Assembly (NCBI RefSeq): GCF_002113885.1
Contig: NW_018407840.1
Location: forward strand, 855,536-919,535
DNA length: 64,000 nt
Direction: 5' to 3'
DNA from: Mizuhopecten yessoensis
Lineage: Eukaryota
The translations under genes and the position numbers were made by a program. Positions 25,601 through 36,792 of the stretch are shown piece after piece. The notes beneath the pieces were generated by a model. It saw nothing but the letters and a program-made list of their open reading frames with translations. It did not search any database and was not told the DNA's origin. The number at the start of each line of letters is the position of its first letter. Position 1 is the stretch's first letter.

Positions 25601-28600
25601 ACTGGATAATATCATAACATATAATCTGTTAAGGTTTGAAACACTTCTTGCTTTTGTTAAAAATGTGGATTGCTTCACACTGTTTGGGACTTGCATCACA
25701 GTATACTGTTGTTTGCTCTTGTATAGGACCACCACCCCGCGAATCCCGGGGACCATACTGTTACCAATGTCAGAACATGCCGGGCACAAGCTACTGTGAC
25801 ACACTCACTCTTTGTAGCCGAAATCAGGTAAGCATGTCAAATTTACAAGTACGTAAGACACCATTCCTGAAATAAATGATACACTGATTACAAACAATAA
25901 CACAAGACTGACTGCTTGGCTCTTTGCTTAATTGGGTTCTTCAGACGCCTGATGAAGCCAAAGAAGGCAAATATGCCTAACGGTCAGTCTTTTGTACTTG
26001 TTATTTTTCCTTCGCAAGAACTTGTTTCTTAATTATATACCATTATATGCATTTGTTTTACAATTTCGGATTTAAGTTATATTTCTTAAATCTGAACTTG
26101 AAATTTCGGCAAATTACAAAAGACCGACACTGATTGTATTATTAGTGCTTTACTTAAAAAGCCCCAATTACCAAAGCATTTTAGTAAATAAAATCAGGTT
26201 GTTGGTTCCGTTTTCTATGTAAATGTGTTCGTGTTATTTCTCGGCCACAACATTAGAATCATGTAAAGATTTCAATAAACGCTTTTATAATTTGTCAGCT
26301 ACATTGTATATTTCACGCTGACTAATCCGCGTGTAAAAATACAGCCAACTATTACTCCTCTACTGGCAAGAATGTATGATGTATATACTGTAGAGTTTTT
26401 TGAATTTTGCGGGACTAATATTTCGCGGTTGCCCCTCTCAGATCTAGTTCGCGGTAATTAAACATCGTGCTACATGGCTAGGTAAAAACATCGCGTTCAC
26501 GGGGGTACTTTTGTATTTGGGTGATGGGGTGGTTTGTTGGTTGGTTGTTTACATCATATCAACAGCTAAAGTCATTTCATGACGTGCCTCCATGTGTGTT
26601 GTGTATGTGTGCATATGTGTGTGTGTGCCGGGGGAAGGGTATATTGGTGTGTGATGGGTTGTTTTTTAAGTAAAATGCGTTATTGAATTGTTGTATTATC
26701 TTCATTATTGAGGTTAACGTTTTAAATATATCTTCCTTTGTGTCTCTAAACATATATTCACAGATATTATAATTCATGGTATTAATATTCGCGGGGTAGT
26801 ACATTTCGCGCTATCTTCGGTGACCGCGGATATAGCATAATTAAACCCGCCGCAAATATTACGAACTATACATTAGATAAACGGACAATATTTATTTAGC
26901 CTTTAACTGTTTGTCGTTATTTTTTTTACTGAACATCGGGATATATGTTTGAAGCCGACATTGGGAGCAATATTCGCAAAAATTCCAATCATTCATATGG
27001 CAAGACCGTGATATGTCAGTCCTTGTAGCGGTAATAAACTCATTTTGAACAAAAAAGCGAATATCAAGTATCTGCTTTCGCTGTTTCGTAGTTCCGTAGT
27101 GGTTTAGGAATCACCAACTTAATCATTTACTTTATATGTTATTACTAAGTTTTTGGGCTTTCAGCTTTAAAATTTGAAGTTTAACATTAGTGCCAACTGT
27201 CTTTTAGAGTCATACATACATACATGACAAATGCTTCAAAGGGTATGTTTGACAGGTTTCATGGCATACAAGAGCGCTACATGCTTCTGCTTTTGACAAC
27301 CGGAAGTTTACAAGCCAAACCGATGAAGCGGGACGGGAACACCCCTTAATTTGACCCCATATAAATCTGCCAATTAAAATTTACTTAAACTGTTCATTTT
27401 TCAAAGTTAAACATTTGTAGATTTCTTTCAATACAAAGTCTGTCAAAATCACACATTTAAATTACTCTGATACACTGCATTGAACCAGAACAAATGTTAG
27501 GTAGGGATTACAATCGTATGACACTTGCTGATTGGCTTATTTAGCTGTGAGGGTCGTTTAGGAATACCTCAAAGGCATTAGTCCTTGAAACATATTTTAT
27601 TTTTGTGTAACATACAGTTGATACAGATTCACTAGTATAATCGTAATATGATCCCAGAGTTTATTGATAATACATGTTTGTAAAATATGTTTTGTAAGCG
27701 TTACATGTGTTTTATGCTTCCATCCGTTACCTTTTTTAGGCTTGTACGATTGACGAAACGTTTTCATCTGGGCACCACTTTGCAAGCGGTTGTCGACCTA
27801 AAGGAGTAAGTGTTTCTATACTTCGTTATCTGTTTATACACATGACTCGTTTATTGTTACACAAGAGACAAAAGAAAAAAAAGCATCTAACACTTTTTAG
27901 GTGAGATTGTATGACCAATTTTGTTGTTTGTATAGTTTAACCTACAGAGAGGTTCATCAAAAACAAACGGAAACATGCTACCGCTACAATATCTTCAAGT
28001 GAAACGTTGACTTCAGCAGAACACATAAATTATCTTTTCTCGATGGTTGATGCTGTTTTGTTTTAATATCATAGTCAAATAAAGTCATTGTCAAATCCGT
28101 GTATGCAGGTACAAACGTAACTGTGCTGAATATATGATATGCCTGGCTCAGGATTTTCTTGCCTGGATGATTGATCTTTCTATTTTATTACATTTTCGTC
28201 ATTAAGGTTTGAGTTTAATTTTTTTTAACGAGATTTTCATAGCCAAGGTTATTTAAGGACGTGCCTCCATGTGTGTATGTGTGCTTTAGAAAGAGTTTGT
28301 TGGTGTATCTGCCTCCTTGAGATAGCACAGACCTGATGCCAACTTTTGAGTGTTACCTTACATTTGGAATCTTACCTTTTCTCTTCTTTATAAACAACTT
28401 TCTTCTTCCTAATGTTTCACTTGACAATGCCTCACTTTTGGCCTTTAGTTAAGCGTTCGGCCTTGTGAGGAGGGCTTCGGGTTCTGTCCCCTGGCCGAGA
28501 CATAACAGAATCTGTCAAAATGGTAGTTTCTACTCCTGTTTTACGCTCAGCAATTAATTGGAGTGGGACGACTGGTTCGCCCGTTGTCAGTAAAATGTGA

Positions 28601-31600
28601 CCGGGTGGGGTGTCCTGCTGGGTGTCTTCGGAAGCATGTTTCAGTGAGGTAGCACTATAAAGTCGGTATCAGTTCCGCGCTATCACAAGGAGACAAACAC
28701 GAACATATCGCAGCCTCCCAAAACACACACGCATACACTACACGCATGCATCTTGCACACAGGGGAGGCCGTCCTAAAATGACCATAGCTGTCGATAGGA
28801 CGTAAAAAAAATACAAAACCAAACGTTAACACTTATGTCAAGAGTAAGGTATTGCCAATCAAGAAGGTTGTTTGGAAGAAGAGAGAATTTATAAAGATCC
28901 CAAATATTGCGATGGGTGCAGCAGATTTAGCTGGTCATTGTTTTGTCCCCAAGTGGAGGGCACACATGCAAAACCCTTTTCTGCAGGGAGTTCCCACATT
29001 AGACGCCTCTTACAACATACAGTGGGTAACAACACGTGTATTGTTCTAAATCCCCGACATCAGCATTAAGTAATGCATCGAAAGCCCGAATAGCTTATAT
29101 GAAAGATAATTGGTAATTTGCAAAGTCACATCAATTTTTTTTATCCACTTCTTCGAGTTAATTGATTACAAGAGTATCAATTTATATTAGTCTTCTTTTA
29201 CCTCGACAGGAGTGTTCACACGTTGGCCCAGTGGAAGGTAGAGATGTTCATAACTTTATTGGATCTTCACGACCCTGTCATAAGTGTTGTTCTGACGACT
29301 TCTGTAATCTAGAGTGTCAGAGTCAGAATCAACAAGGTGTGTATGTGTGCCTTTAAAATATGATATTTATAAAAATCCAGCACCATTTTGTTGTCGTATT
29401 GATTTCTATGTCGCTATCTTCACTACAAACTCAGTGGTACAATGGCACAAGTTGTTGTTTTGATCTAGATCTCCATGTTCTCCAAAGTGGCATATAAAAG
29501 CTGTTGCAAACCTTCATTAGTGGATCTACAATGTAACAATAACTGATCTATTGTCTAGTTGTCGACTCCTGATAGTAACTGAAGTTGAGACGAGGCAGAA
29601 AAGATGTCCAAAACAAGATGTCAATACCACACTGGGGAAAGATAACCATTGAAGATTGCCTATCCATGAAGTAATGGGTAAACAAGCCCTTCACCTATAT
29701 AAAACAGAAACCNCATAGTAAAAAAATATAGGGGCCCCCTCCAGAAAAGAACATGCATGCAATGATAATATACAAATATTTAAATTTTAAAAAGGAAGTG
29801 CATGTGCGATTTGTTTTAATGCTCTTCTTGATTTTTAAAAAATACAGTCACATAAAACTATCAGCTTATGTTTTAAAAGAACACCTTTATTTGGTGATTT
29901 TGTAATCAAAATAGAGATTTAGATATTTAAATCTCATATAATAAAACTTAATATGACTCCCTCTCTCTCTATATATAACATGAAATAACTAAGCTTAGTA
30001 GCTTAATGTTAGTTATTTAGGATGGTTATTACTTTTTTGTTACTCTAGGACTCTAAACTTTATTTATTAGGCTAACCTCTCATTCATTTATCGTTTAAGG
30101 TCTGTGGTAGGCCTATGGGTTTACGTCTTATCATCGTTTCGACAAAAGTTGTCATGATTTTAGTAACCAATATTGTTGCTTTTACCCCGCTAAAGTGACA
30201 TATCATTTACCTTCGTATCTAAGTCCGTGGTATGACGCAGGATTCAGGCTACGCTGGCCGTTGCGAGTCTGTGTAGTTTGCCAATTAATACGCTGCCAAC
30301 CATTGTATTTCTGTCGTGAATCCATGCAACATGTTTGCCTTTTAACGTTTGCACATTTTTTTCTACATGACAATTCCAATGATAATCGCAGTAATATTCG
30401 CGAAAAAGTCTAATTAAGCCTACCGGAATCGCCTCAACCTCCGCCGCCATTTTGACATCTGGGGCATGCGCAATACATCGGTAAACGGAATCATCCATTG
30501 TGACAAGAGGGATAAGAGGAAATCTTTTGTACTTAAGTGCGAAGGTACATAATGTAAAAAGATTACTACATAATGACAAAAGACGTAGTTTTGCGTTAAG
30601 TGCTTTTAGTACTTAAGTGCAAAAGATTTGCACCTAAGTGAAAAAGTTTTTGCCATTGTGTGATTTTTTGCCATTATGTCCAGTTTTTTTCACTTCAGTG
30701 TAAATCTTTTGCAGGAAGTGCAAAAGTTTTTGCACTTAAGTAGTTTATGTATTTTATCCTAAAACGGCCGCCCATACTGAAACACTGTTAACCTGTTATT
30801 GAATGTATTTCAAATCCGGGACACAAATAACGTATTTCCGGCATATTATGATACAGGGGTGGTATCTTGGAGTGCTTGGAGTCAATGGGGTACGTGTTCG
30901 GCTAATACCTGTGGTGGTCGCGGACATCAGACTCGGAACCGACATTGCACTAGTGTTGCAGGAGGTTGTAACGGTGTATCTACTGGAGAACGCAATTGTT
31001 CCCGTGGTCTCTGTTCAGGTACACATTTTAAAACTTATCCTGATAGGTAAATATCGCATCATTTTGACAGTCTATACCGACATTCACCTAATAACCACTT
31101 TTCCCGCAAACTTGAGTGAGCATTTCATAACCTTACCATAGAATGTGACAATTTCAATGACGTTGACAACAAAACAACAGGGTTGTGGTATAGAACCTTT
31201 TTCTCGAACGAGACACAATTGTGTGATATCATCAGTGGTAGAAGTAGGAAGAATTTGTCAAGGCTTTTTGATTATTTCATGCTGTTACATTTATTGAACT
31301 GAACATTGTTTTTTGAAGTGAAATTTGTATTCGCTTATAAGAGTTGAGTATGCTTCGCCATTTATGCAATTTAGATTGTCTCAACTAGAGTTTTCATCTC
31401 GTAACCTGATCAAAATACTATTTGTCACATACAATTTATAACTCGCACTCTCTCCTTTTATTATTTTTCTGATGTAAAAAACGAAGTGCAACAAATATGT
31501 TAGTTATCTCGACCAAGCTGCTGACCATCACTCAGAATGCATCCTGAATATATTCAAAAAAGAAAAGCCGATAACTACAATTTTCACTTTTTAAGGTTGT

Positions 31601-32197
31601 GCTGAGCTGTACAACAGTGGGCAGCGTACATCAGGTGTTTACACAATAGCTCCGGCTGGACACCAACCTCTAAATGTCGTCTGCAATATGGGAGACGGAG
31701 GGGGATGGACGGTACTTCAACATAGACTCCAGGGATCCGTTAGCTTCAATCGAAGCTGGACTGATTACGTCACTGGTTTCGGTGACCTACGTGGCGATTT
31801 CTGGCTTGGATTGGAATATATTCACATGCTGACTTCGCGGGGGGTCCAGATCATCATTGATATGGTGGGAAAGCATGGATACTTGATACGGTACAGCTAC
31901 GATCACTTTGAGGTGAAGAATGCTAGTACATCGTACGAATTATTGGTTGCCAATGACAACTCTGTGAATTGCACATCATACTCCCGGCTTATGTATAATA
32001 ACGGATCAAAATTCTCCACGCCTGATAAACAGGGAAAGCACGGTTGTGCGTCTCACGGTTCCGGATGGTGGTTCAAAGAATGTTCATATTTCAACATAAA
32101 CGGAGTGATAGGTGTTGATGATAATAATTATGGAATGGCGGCGCTTTGTCACCCCGACATTGTTTCATTGAAGGAAACAATAATGAAAATAAGATAA
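19617..32197 (+). CDS. Secreted fibrinogen-related (FReD) protein: signal peptide + 2 Ly6/uPAR-like three-finger domains + TSP1 + fibrinogen C-terminal domain, ~459 aa
   Basis: Exons 19617 (A of ATG), 20826-20876, 22287(or 22296)-22375, 23763-23834, 24276-24384, 25727-25827, 27740-27805, 29210-29336, 30857-31018, 31596-32197; phases all compatible. The two Cys-rich domains start CxxC and end CCDGDMCN / CCSDDFCN. TSP1: WSAWSQWGTCS..CGGRGHQTRNRHC. FReD: CAELYNSG...GVYTI...GGGWTVLQHR...FNRSWTDYVTGFGDLRGDFWLGLEYIH...GSGWWFKEC. The 5' exons are less certain than the 3' exons. Confidence 0.8.
20639..20702. repeat. Near-perfect 30-bp-arm palindrome
   Basis: TTACATGCAATTTCAGAGGCCTTGACATAA-GATA-TTATGTCAGGGCCTCTGAAATTGCATGTAA, with one T/G mismatch. 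Confidence 0.9.
21405..22277. repeat. 41-bp minisatellite, ~21 copies
   Basis: ACCGTTGTTCTGATTTGGAACAGTTATTATTATATATGTTT; ends directly at the acceptor of the 22287/22296 exon. Confidence 0.95.
22823..23090. mobile_element. Diverged copy of the 9079-9350 MITE
   Basis: Shares GCCCGTATTCA-GAAACCGTTCTCATGCTCAAG, the internal CATTGACAAAA segment and the TTGAGCA..GAAT right end. Confidence 0.65.
28365..28825 (+). mobile_element. tRNA-derived SINE (Meta-domain-like), near full length
   Basis: tRNA-like GGCCTTTAGTTAAGCG...GGGTTCTGTCCCCTGGCCG, central AAAATGGTAG...CTCAGCA...TGTCAGTAAAATGTGACCGGGTGGGG, tail AAATGACCATAGCTGTCGATAGGACGTAAAA. The tail recurs at ~12320, ~15325, ~36345 and, inverted, at ~26540, ~28210, ~39340. 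Confidence 0.7.
30857..31018 (+). CDS. Thrombospondin type-1 repeat exon (phase 1-1)
   Basis: WSAWSQW-CS..CG.G.Q.R.R.C...C.G...E.NC...C pattern; 162-nt exon between atacag| and |gtacac. Confidence 0.88.
31596..32197 (+). CDS. Fibrinogen C-terminal (FReD) domain, encoded on a single terminal exon
   Basis: ORF 31688-32197 extends upstream in frame to the acceptor ttttcactttttaag|gt at 31595; canonical FReD motifs GGWTVLQHR, FGDLRGDFWLGLE and GWWF..C. Confidence 0.93.
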
Positions 32198-32982
32198 CCA
32201 GCCATTGTGCCTTGCACATATACTTCTTGGTTTTATACAACACGGATATTCTATATAAATGTTTATGACAATACATGAGATTGAAGTTAATACTGGGTAT
32301 TGAATTATATAAATGATAATGAAGTGATTATTATATAACACGAAACTTAGGCTGTATAAAGCTTGTCGTCTGTAACCACTGGTGTCATCAACAAAGCGAA
32401 CGTTTTTTCTTATCAACGGATTTTACAGGATGCAACAGATGCAACACCTACTTAACCGCCCCTCCATATTGGACATTATCTCCACAGAACCAAAACTTCT
32501 CTCAAAACAGTTAAGACAATACAAAATATTGATGTGATTTTTTCTCTAATATCGTGACGACTTCTGACTATAAATATGTTAATCAATCAGAGGTCACAAC
32601 GGACATGTTGGATGACCGTTCGAAACATGAAATGTGTCACGTACATTTATACATGTCATGTCCCTTTTTTTATTGATGCATATTAATTTATTCATTGTAT
32701 ACATACACTGACCCTCTACTATAGATAATAAGTAACCTAATAAATCAACTGAAGTTCCCATGGCAAATCTATTTTGTAATCATAGAACTATGAATGCCAT
32801 AAACATTGAAATAGACACAAGATTTAATTTACAAATTTACTCTTAAATATGTAGCATTAAACGGTTGTCGACATTTCCCCAGAAAACAAAACTCATTCCG
32901 TATATATACATTTGCTACCGCGACGTATTGGAGTTTATTAACTGCTATGGTATATTGGGTTAGCCTTACCGGGGATATTGAC

Positions 32983-33586
32983 GTATTCCATCCGTAATCA
33001 TACCAGTGTATTCCATCCGTGGTCATACCAGTGTATTCCATCCGTAGTCATACCAGTGTATTCCATCCGTGCTCATACCAGTGTATTCCATCTGTGGTCA
33101 TACCAGTGTATTCCATACGTGGTCATACCAGTGTATTCCATCTGCGGTCATACCAGTGTATTCCATCCGTAGTAATACCAGTGTATTCCATCCGTGGTCA
33201 TACCGGTGTATTCAATCCGTGGTCATACCAGTGTATTACATCCGTGGTCATACCAGTGTATTCTATCCGTGGTCATACCAGTGTATTCCGTCCGTGGTCA
33301 TACCAGTGTATTCCATCCGTAGTAATACCAGTGTATTCCATCCGTGGTCATACAAGTGTATTCCATCTGTGGTCATACCAGTGTATTCCATCCGTTGTCA
33401 TACCAGTGTATTCCATCCGTGCTCATACCAGTGTATTCCATCTGTGGTCATACCAGTGTATTCCATACGTGGTCATACCAGTGTATTCCATCCGTAGTAA
33501 TACCAGTGTATTCCATCCGTGGTCTTACCAGTGTTTTCCATCCGTGGTCATACCAGTGTATTCAATCCGTGGTCATACCAGTGTAC
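32983..33586. repeat. 25-bp minisatellite, ~24 copies
   Basis: TACCAGTGTATTCCATCCGTGGTCA; accounts for the repetitive ORFs at 32829-33634. Confidence 0.95.
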
Positions 33587-34191
33587 GGCATTTGTTGTAG
33601 GATCATCCGTTACCTCAAACGAAAAAAAAGATGATAACAATTTGATGACTGTATATCAAAAACAAATTAACTATGGCAATAGCTAGGTGACACTGTTTGT
33701 TGAAAATATTTTTATCGAAAAGTGACACCTTTTTTATGCACACACAAAGGCTTGCATATAACAACAACCAATACAATAACAACCATTTTCATGCACTCTT
33801 TATGTGTTCGGGTGGTGACTTTAATAGGAAACCGTCAGAAAATGCTTCAAATTTCCATAATATTTCAACTACATGTAATCATAAAGTTTAAAATGCTTTT
33901 AGCGCACGAGACTAGCCAGATCACCAGAATGAGAAACTGTTTCGTATTGTGTAAAATAAATATCTCGTATCCTTTGCAGTCCCTTTTTACATTCAAACAG
34001 CTGTGCTATTTCTTAACCGTATCTTTAAAACCTAGCACCCCTATTAAGATAATCCTCGATATTCCACGGTGTATGTGCTCTCTGCACCCCTGACATAGGT
34101 CTTAGCAAAACTGAAGGCACGCTGTTAGCTATTCGGGTGGTGTCAGGTTCGTCGAGAATGTATTTAGGCCAACCTCATATACCCGACCGAA

Positions 34192-34201
34192 GGGGAATTC
34201 C
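34192..34201 (+). promoter_or_regulatory. Candidate NF-kB (kB) site GGGGAATTCC upstream of the ZU5/death-fold gene
   Basis: Exact match to GGGRNNYYCC, ~370 bp upstream of a strong donor (cag|gtaagt at 34567/34568) that could end a 5'UTR exon splicing to the 36659 acceptor. Confidence 0.4.
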
Positions 34202-34707
34202 TAAACGTCATCGGTGTGTTTTAATTGTGTGTGACTGTCATCAGCAGGAAAGTTTACAGTTTACTGATCGAGCTTAGAATCAGATTATATTATCAGACAT
34301 ATTGGTAACTGATATTAAATAAGGTTTCATGATTCTTGCAATGATATGGCGTATTTGAAAATAGAAATTATATTGGAAGTAATGATATTCGCTGCTGTAT
34401 ATATGAATATATATATACCAACACCCATTAGTTCGGTGCACTATATTTTACCTGTGTCTTATACTTTGACTGAAAGGAATTACCTTTGTGTGAAAAGTGT
34501 TTAAAAGCAATCCTCAGACGAACACGACACGATCACTGTGTGTTGTGTTCATTACTGTCACAAGCAGGTAAGTTAACAGTTTATTTATCGACCTGAGATC
34601 AAAGGTTATTTTCAGATATATTAGTAACTGATATCGTAACCCATATGGTGCACCCCGGTGCGCTATTCAACCCCAAAAACAACAGATCATCAAACAACAT
34701 TAGATAT

Positions 34708-34961
34708 TTATTTTATGATATTTATATATATATTTGAGAGTCAAAACTTAATTTAAAATGAAAACAAATGTCTGGTTTATATTGCAAAAACATTAAACGA
34801 TATTATTTAGTCTGTACAGCAAGCTACGTTCACCTTATTTTATGATATTTGTGTATTTATTTGAGAGTCAAAACTTAATTTAAAATGAAAGCAAATGTCT
34901 GGTTTATATTGCAAAAACGTTAAACGATATTATCTAGTCTGTACAGCAAACTATGTTAACC
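34708..34961. repeat. ~126-bp direct tandem duplication
   Basis: GAGAGTCAAAACTTAATTTAAAATG at 34737 and 34863, with near-identical flanks. Confidence 0.85.
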
Positions 34962-35829
34962 CAATGGAAATACATTGGAGCTTAAAATAGAACCAATGCC
35001 ATAATGAGTAATGCTTCATTTTTTACCCTCGTCATGTTACATATTGCAACCCAAATAGAAATGACACGAGTCCTCGCAACTGCCACCCGAAACGAAGTTT
35101 ATCTTACCACACTGGGATCAGAAATAGCTCATAACATAGCAACAAGTTACTGGGTATTATGGAAACAGGTCGTTCATCTGAAGGTATATTCGGACCTATC
35201 TCGTATAGAGTTTGCATGTGTAAAAACTCGTTATGAAAAATACCTATATCAAGAATTTGTCCTTTACAACATTACAGTGATATATAAACCACTCACTACA
35301 TTTCTGACGTTTTCCCCTTTCCGCTCCCTGCGGATCGGGGTGGTTTATTCCTTGTCTTCTATTTGGGGACATTGAAGAAATTAAGAAAAGACCTGCTATA
35401 TCCCAATACATGTGTATCGTAAAAGGCGACTGATGTTGGGCCCCCTGCTCAATCTTGGGCTTTTCGTCGTGTCGTTTGCGTAGGGGAAATGGAAGAGACG
35501 AACATGTATCTGCCGTCTCCATTGCAAAACTTGGGATTTTTGTCGTTTCCTGTCTTCTGTTTTCTTTTTTATCTACTTTCTGCTAAACCACAAACAAATC
35601 CCCCTTTCCGACACATAAAACATAATGTCAGAGTCTAAGTCATATGACTTTTGGTTTATCTCTGTCTATAAATGCACATTGTGTAAACCTGTGCAAATTT
35701 AATTAAAATAATACTAAATTATGTATGTATGACTGTCCTGTTAAAACATACATAGTTTTAACCTTCAAAATATCTGTAGGAGCTAATAATTCCCCTGTAG
35801 CTTGAGGATTGAGACAAAAATACATCTGA

Positions 35830-36385
35830 TGTTATCCACTACATGGTCGTAAAAGAGGACTTAAGTGGGATTCTCTTGTAGAGTGTTGGATGGAGTTTAT
35901 GTCCTCTACTAAGGAACACAAAAGCGACCAAAATAAATCTGCTAAATCAATTGCAATTTTTAGGATCTTTATGTTATTCTCTCTTCTTCTTACCATTTGT
36001 TTGTTTGGCAATATCTCACTTTCGGCTATAATGTTGAAAGTTCGCCCAGGTGATGAAGGCAATGGGTTCTATCCCGGCGTCGGGACATACCTAATATGGT
36101 AGCTGATGTTCCCTGTCTGTTTTGGCACAATTTCTCACCCGACACGAGGGTGAGGAATCGTGTCGGGGTGAGAAATCGTACCGTATCAACGTTTACACTC
36201 AGCATGGTCTTTAAACGCGACATCACTATAGAATCGGCATCAGATCCTTGCTATCGCAAGGATGCAAAAGAACCAACATACCCTGCCTCCAGCAAACACA
36301 CACACATGCACGCATTCACTATTCACATGAAAGCATGTTTTTAAATGATCTTAGCTGTTAGGACTTTATACCCTATTCAAAACCC
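35830..36385 (+). mobile_element. Diverged composite SINE (5' CGTAAGAGGCGAC-type module + tRNA-like + Meta-like body + tail)
   Basis: The 5' part aligns by eye with the reverse complement of 28840-29035 and 18245-18350; the 3' part aligns with 28430-28825. Confidence 0.55.
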
Positions 36386-36792
36386 AATGCCGCGAGGAAG
36401 AGATACTTACCAAAAATACAACAGAGGGGAGGAATATACTTACCAAAACTCCAATGAAGGGAAGGGGGTACATACCAAAAATACAATGAAGGGAAGGGGA
36501 TACGTCATCGCGATTTAACTAAGTATTCCTCCCAAATAAGAGCGTAACTAATCTCTTGCTTTCCTGCACCTCGTCGTGTCTTTTTTTTTTTTTAGAAAAC
36601 ACCATCCATTCTTATGTCTTTCACATTCGCACTTAAAGTTATTTTGTTTTTCATTGCAGATTTTACGAGGTTTACAAAATATCTATACGGAGCGATTAGA
36701 AAAATTAAAGTACGCTATCCAATCTTCTACAATTCACCTAACCTCCTCAAAAAGATATGAATGCTACTGAAAAATAAATCCGAGGCTATAAA

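Noticed and set aside
31142-31290. Extra exon between TSP1 and FReD exons
   Set aside because: An acceptor-like ccatag is present, but there is no convincing phase-1 donor or domain similarity; 31018 joins 31596 in frame.
32829-33634. Several long ORFs with repeating VIPVYSIRGHTSVFHPWSYQC
   Set aside because: All are readings of a 25-bp minisatellite; no splice context and the unit is not a multiple of 3.
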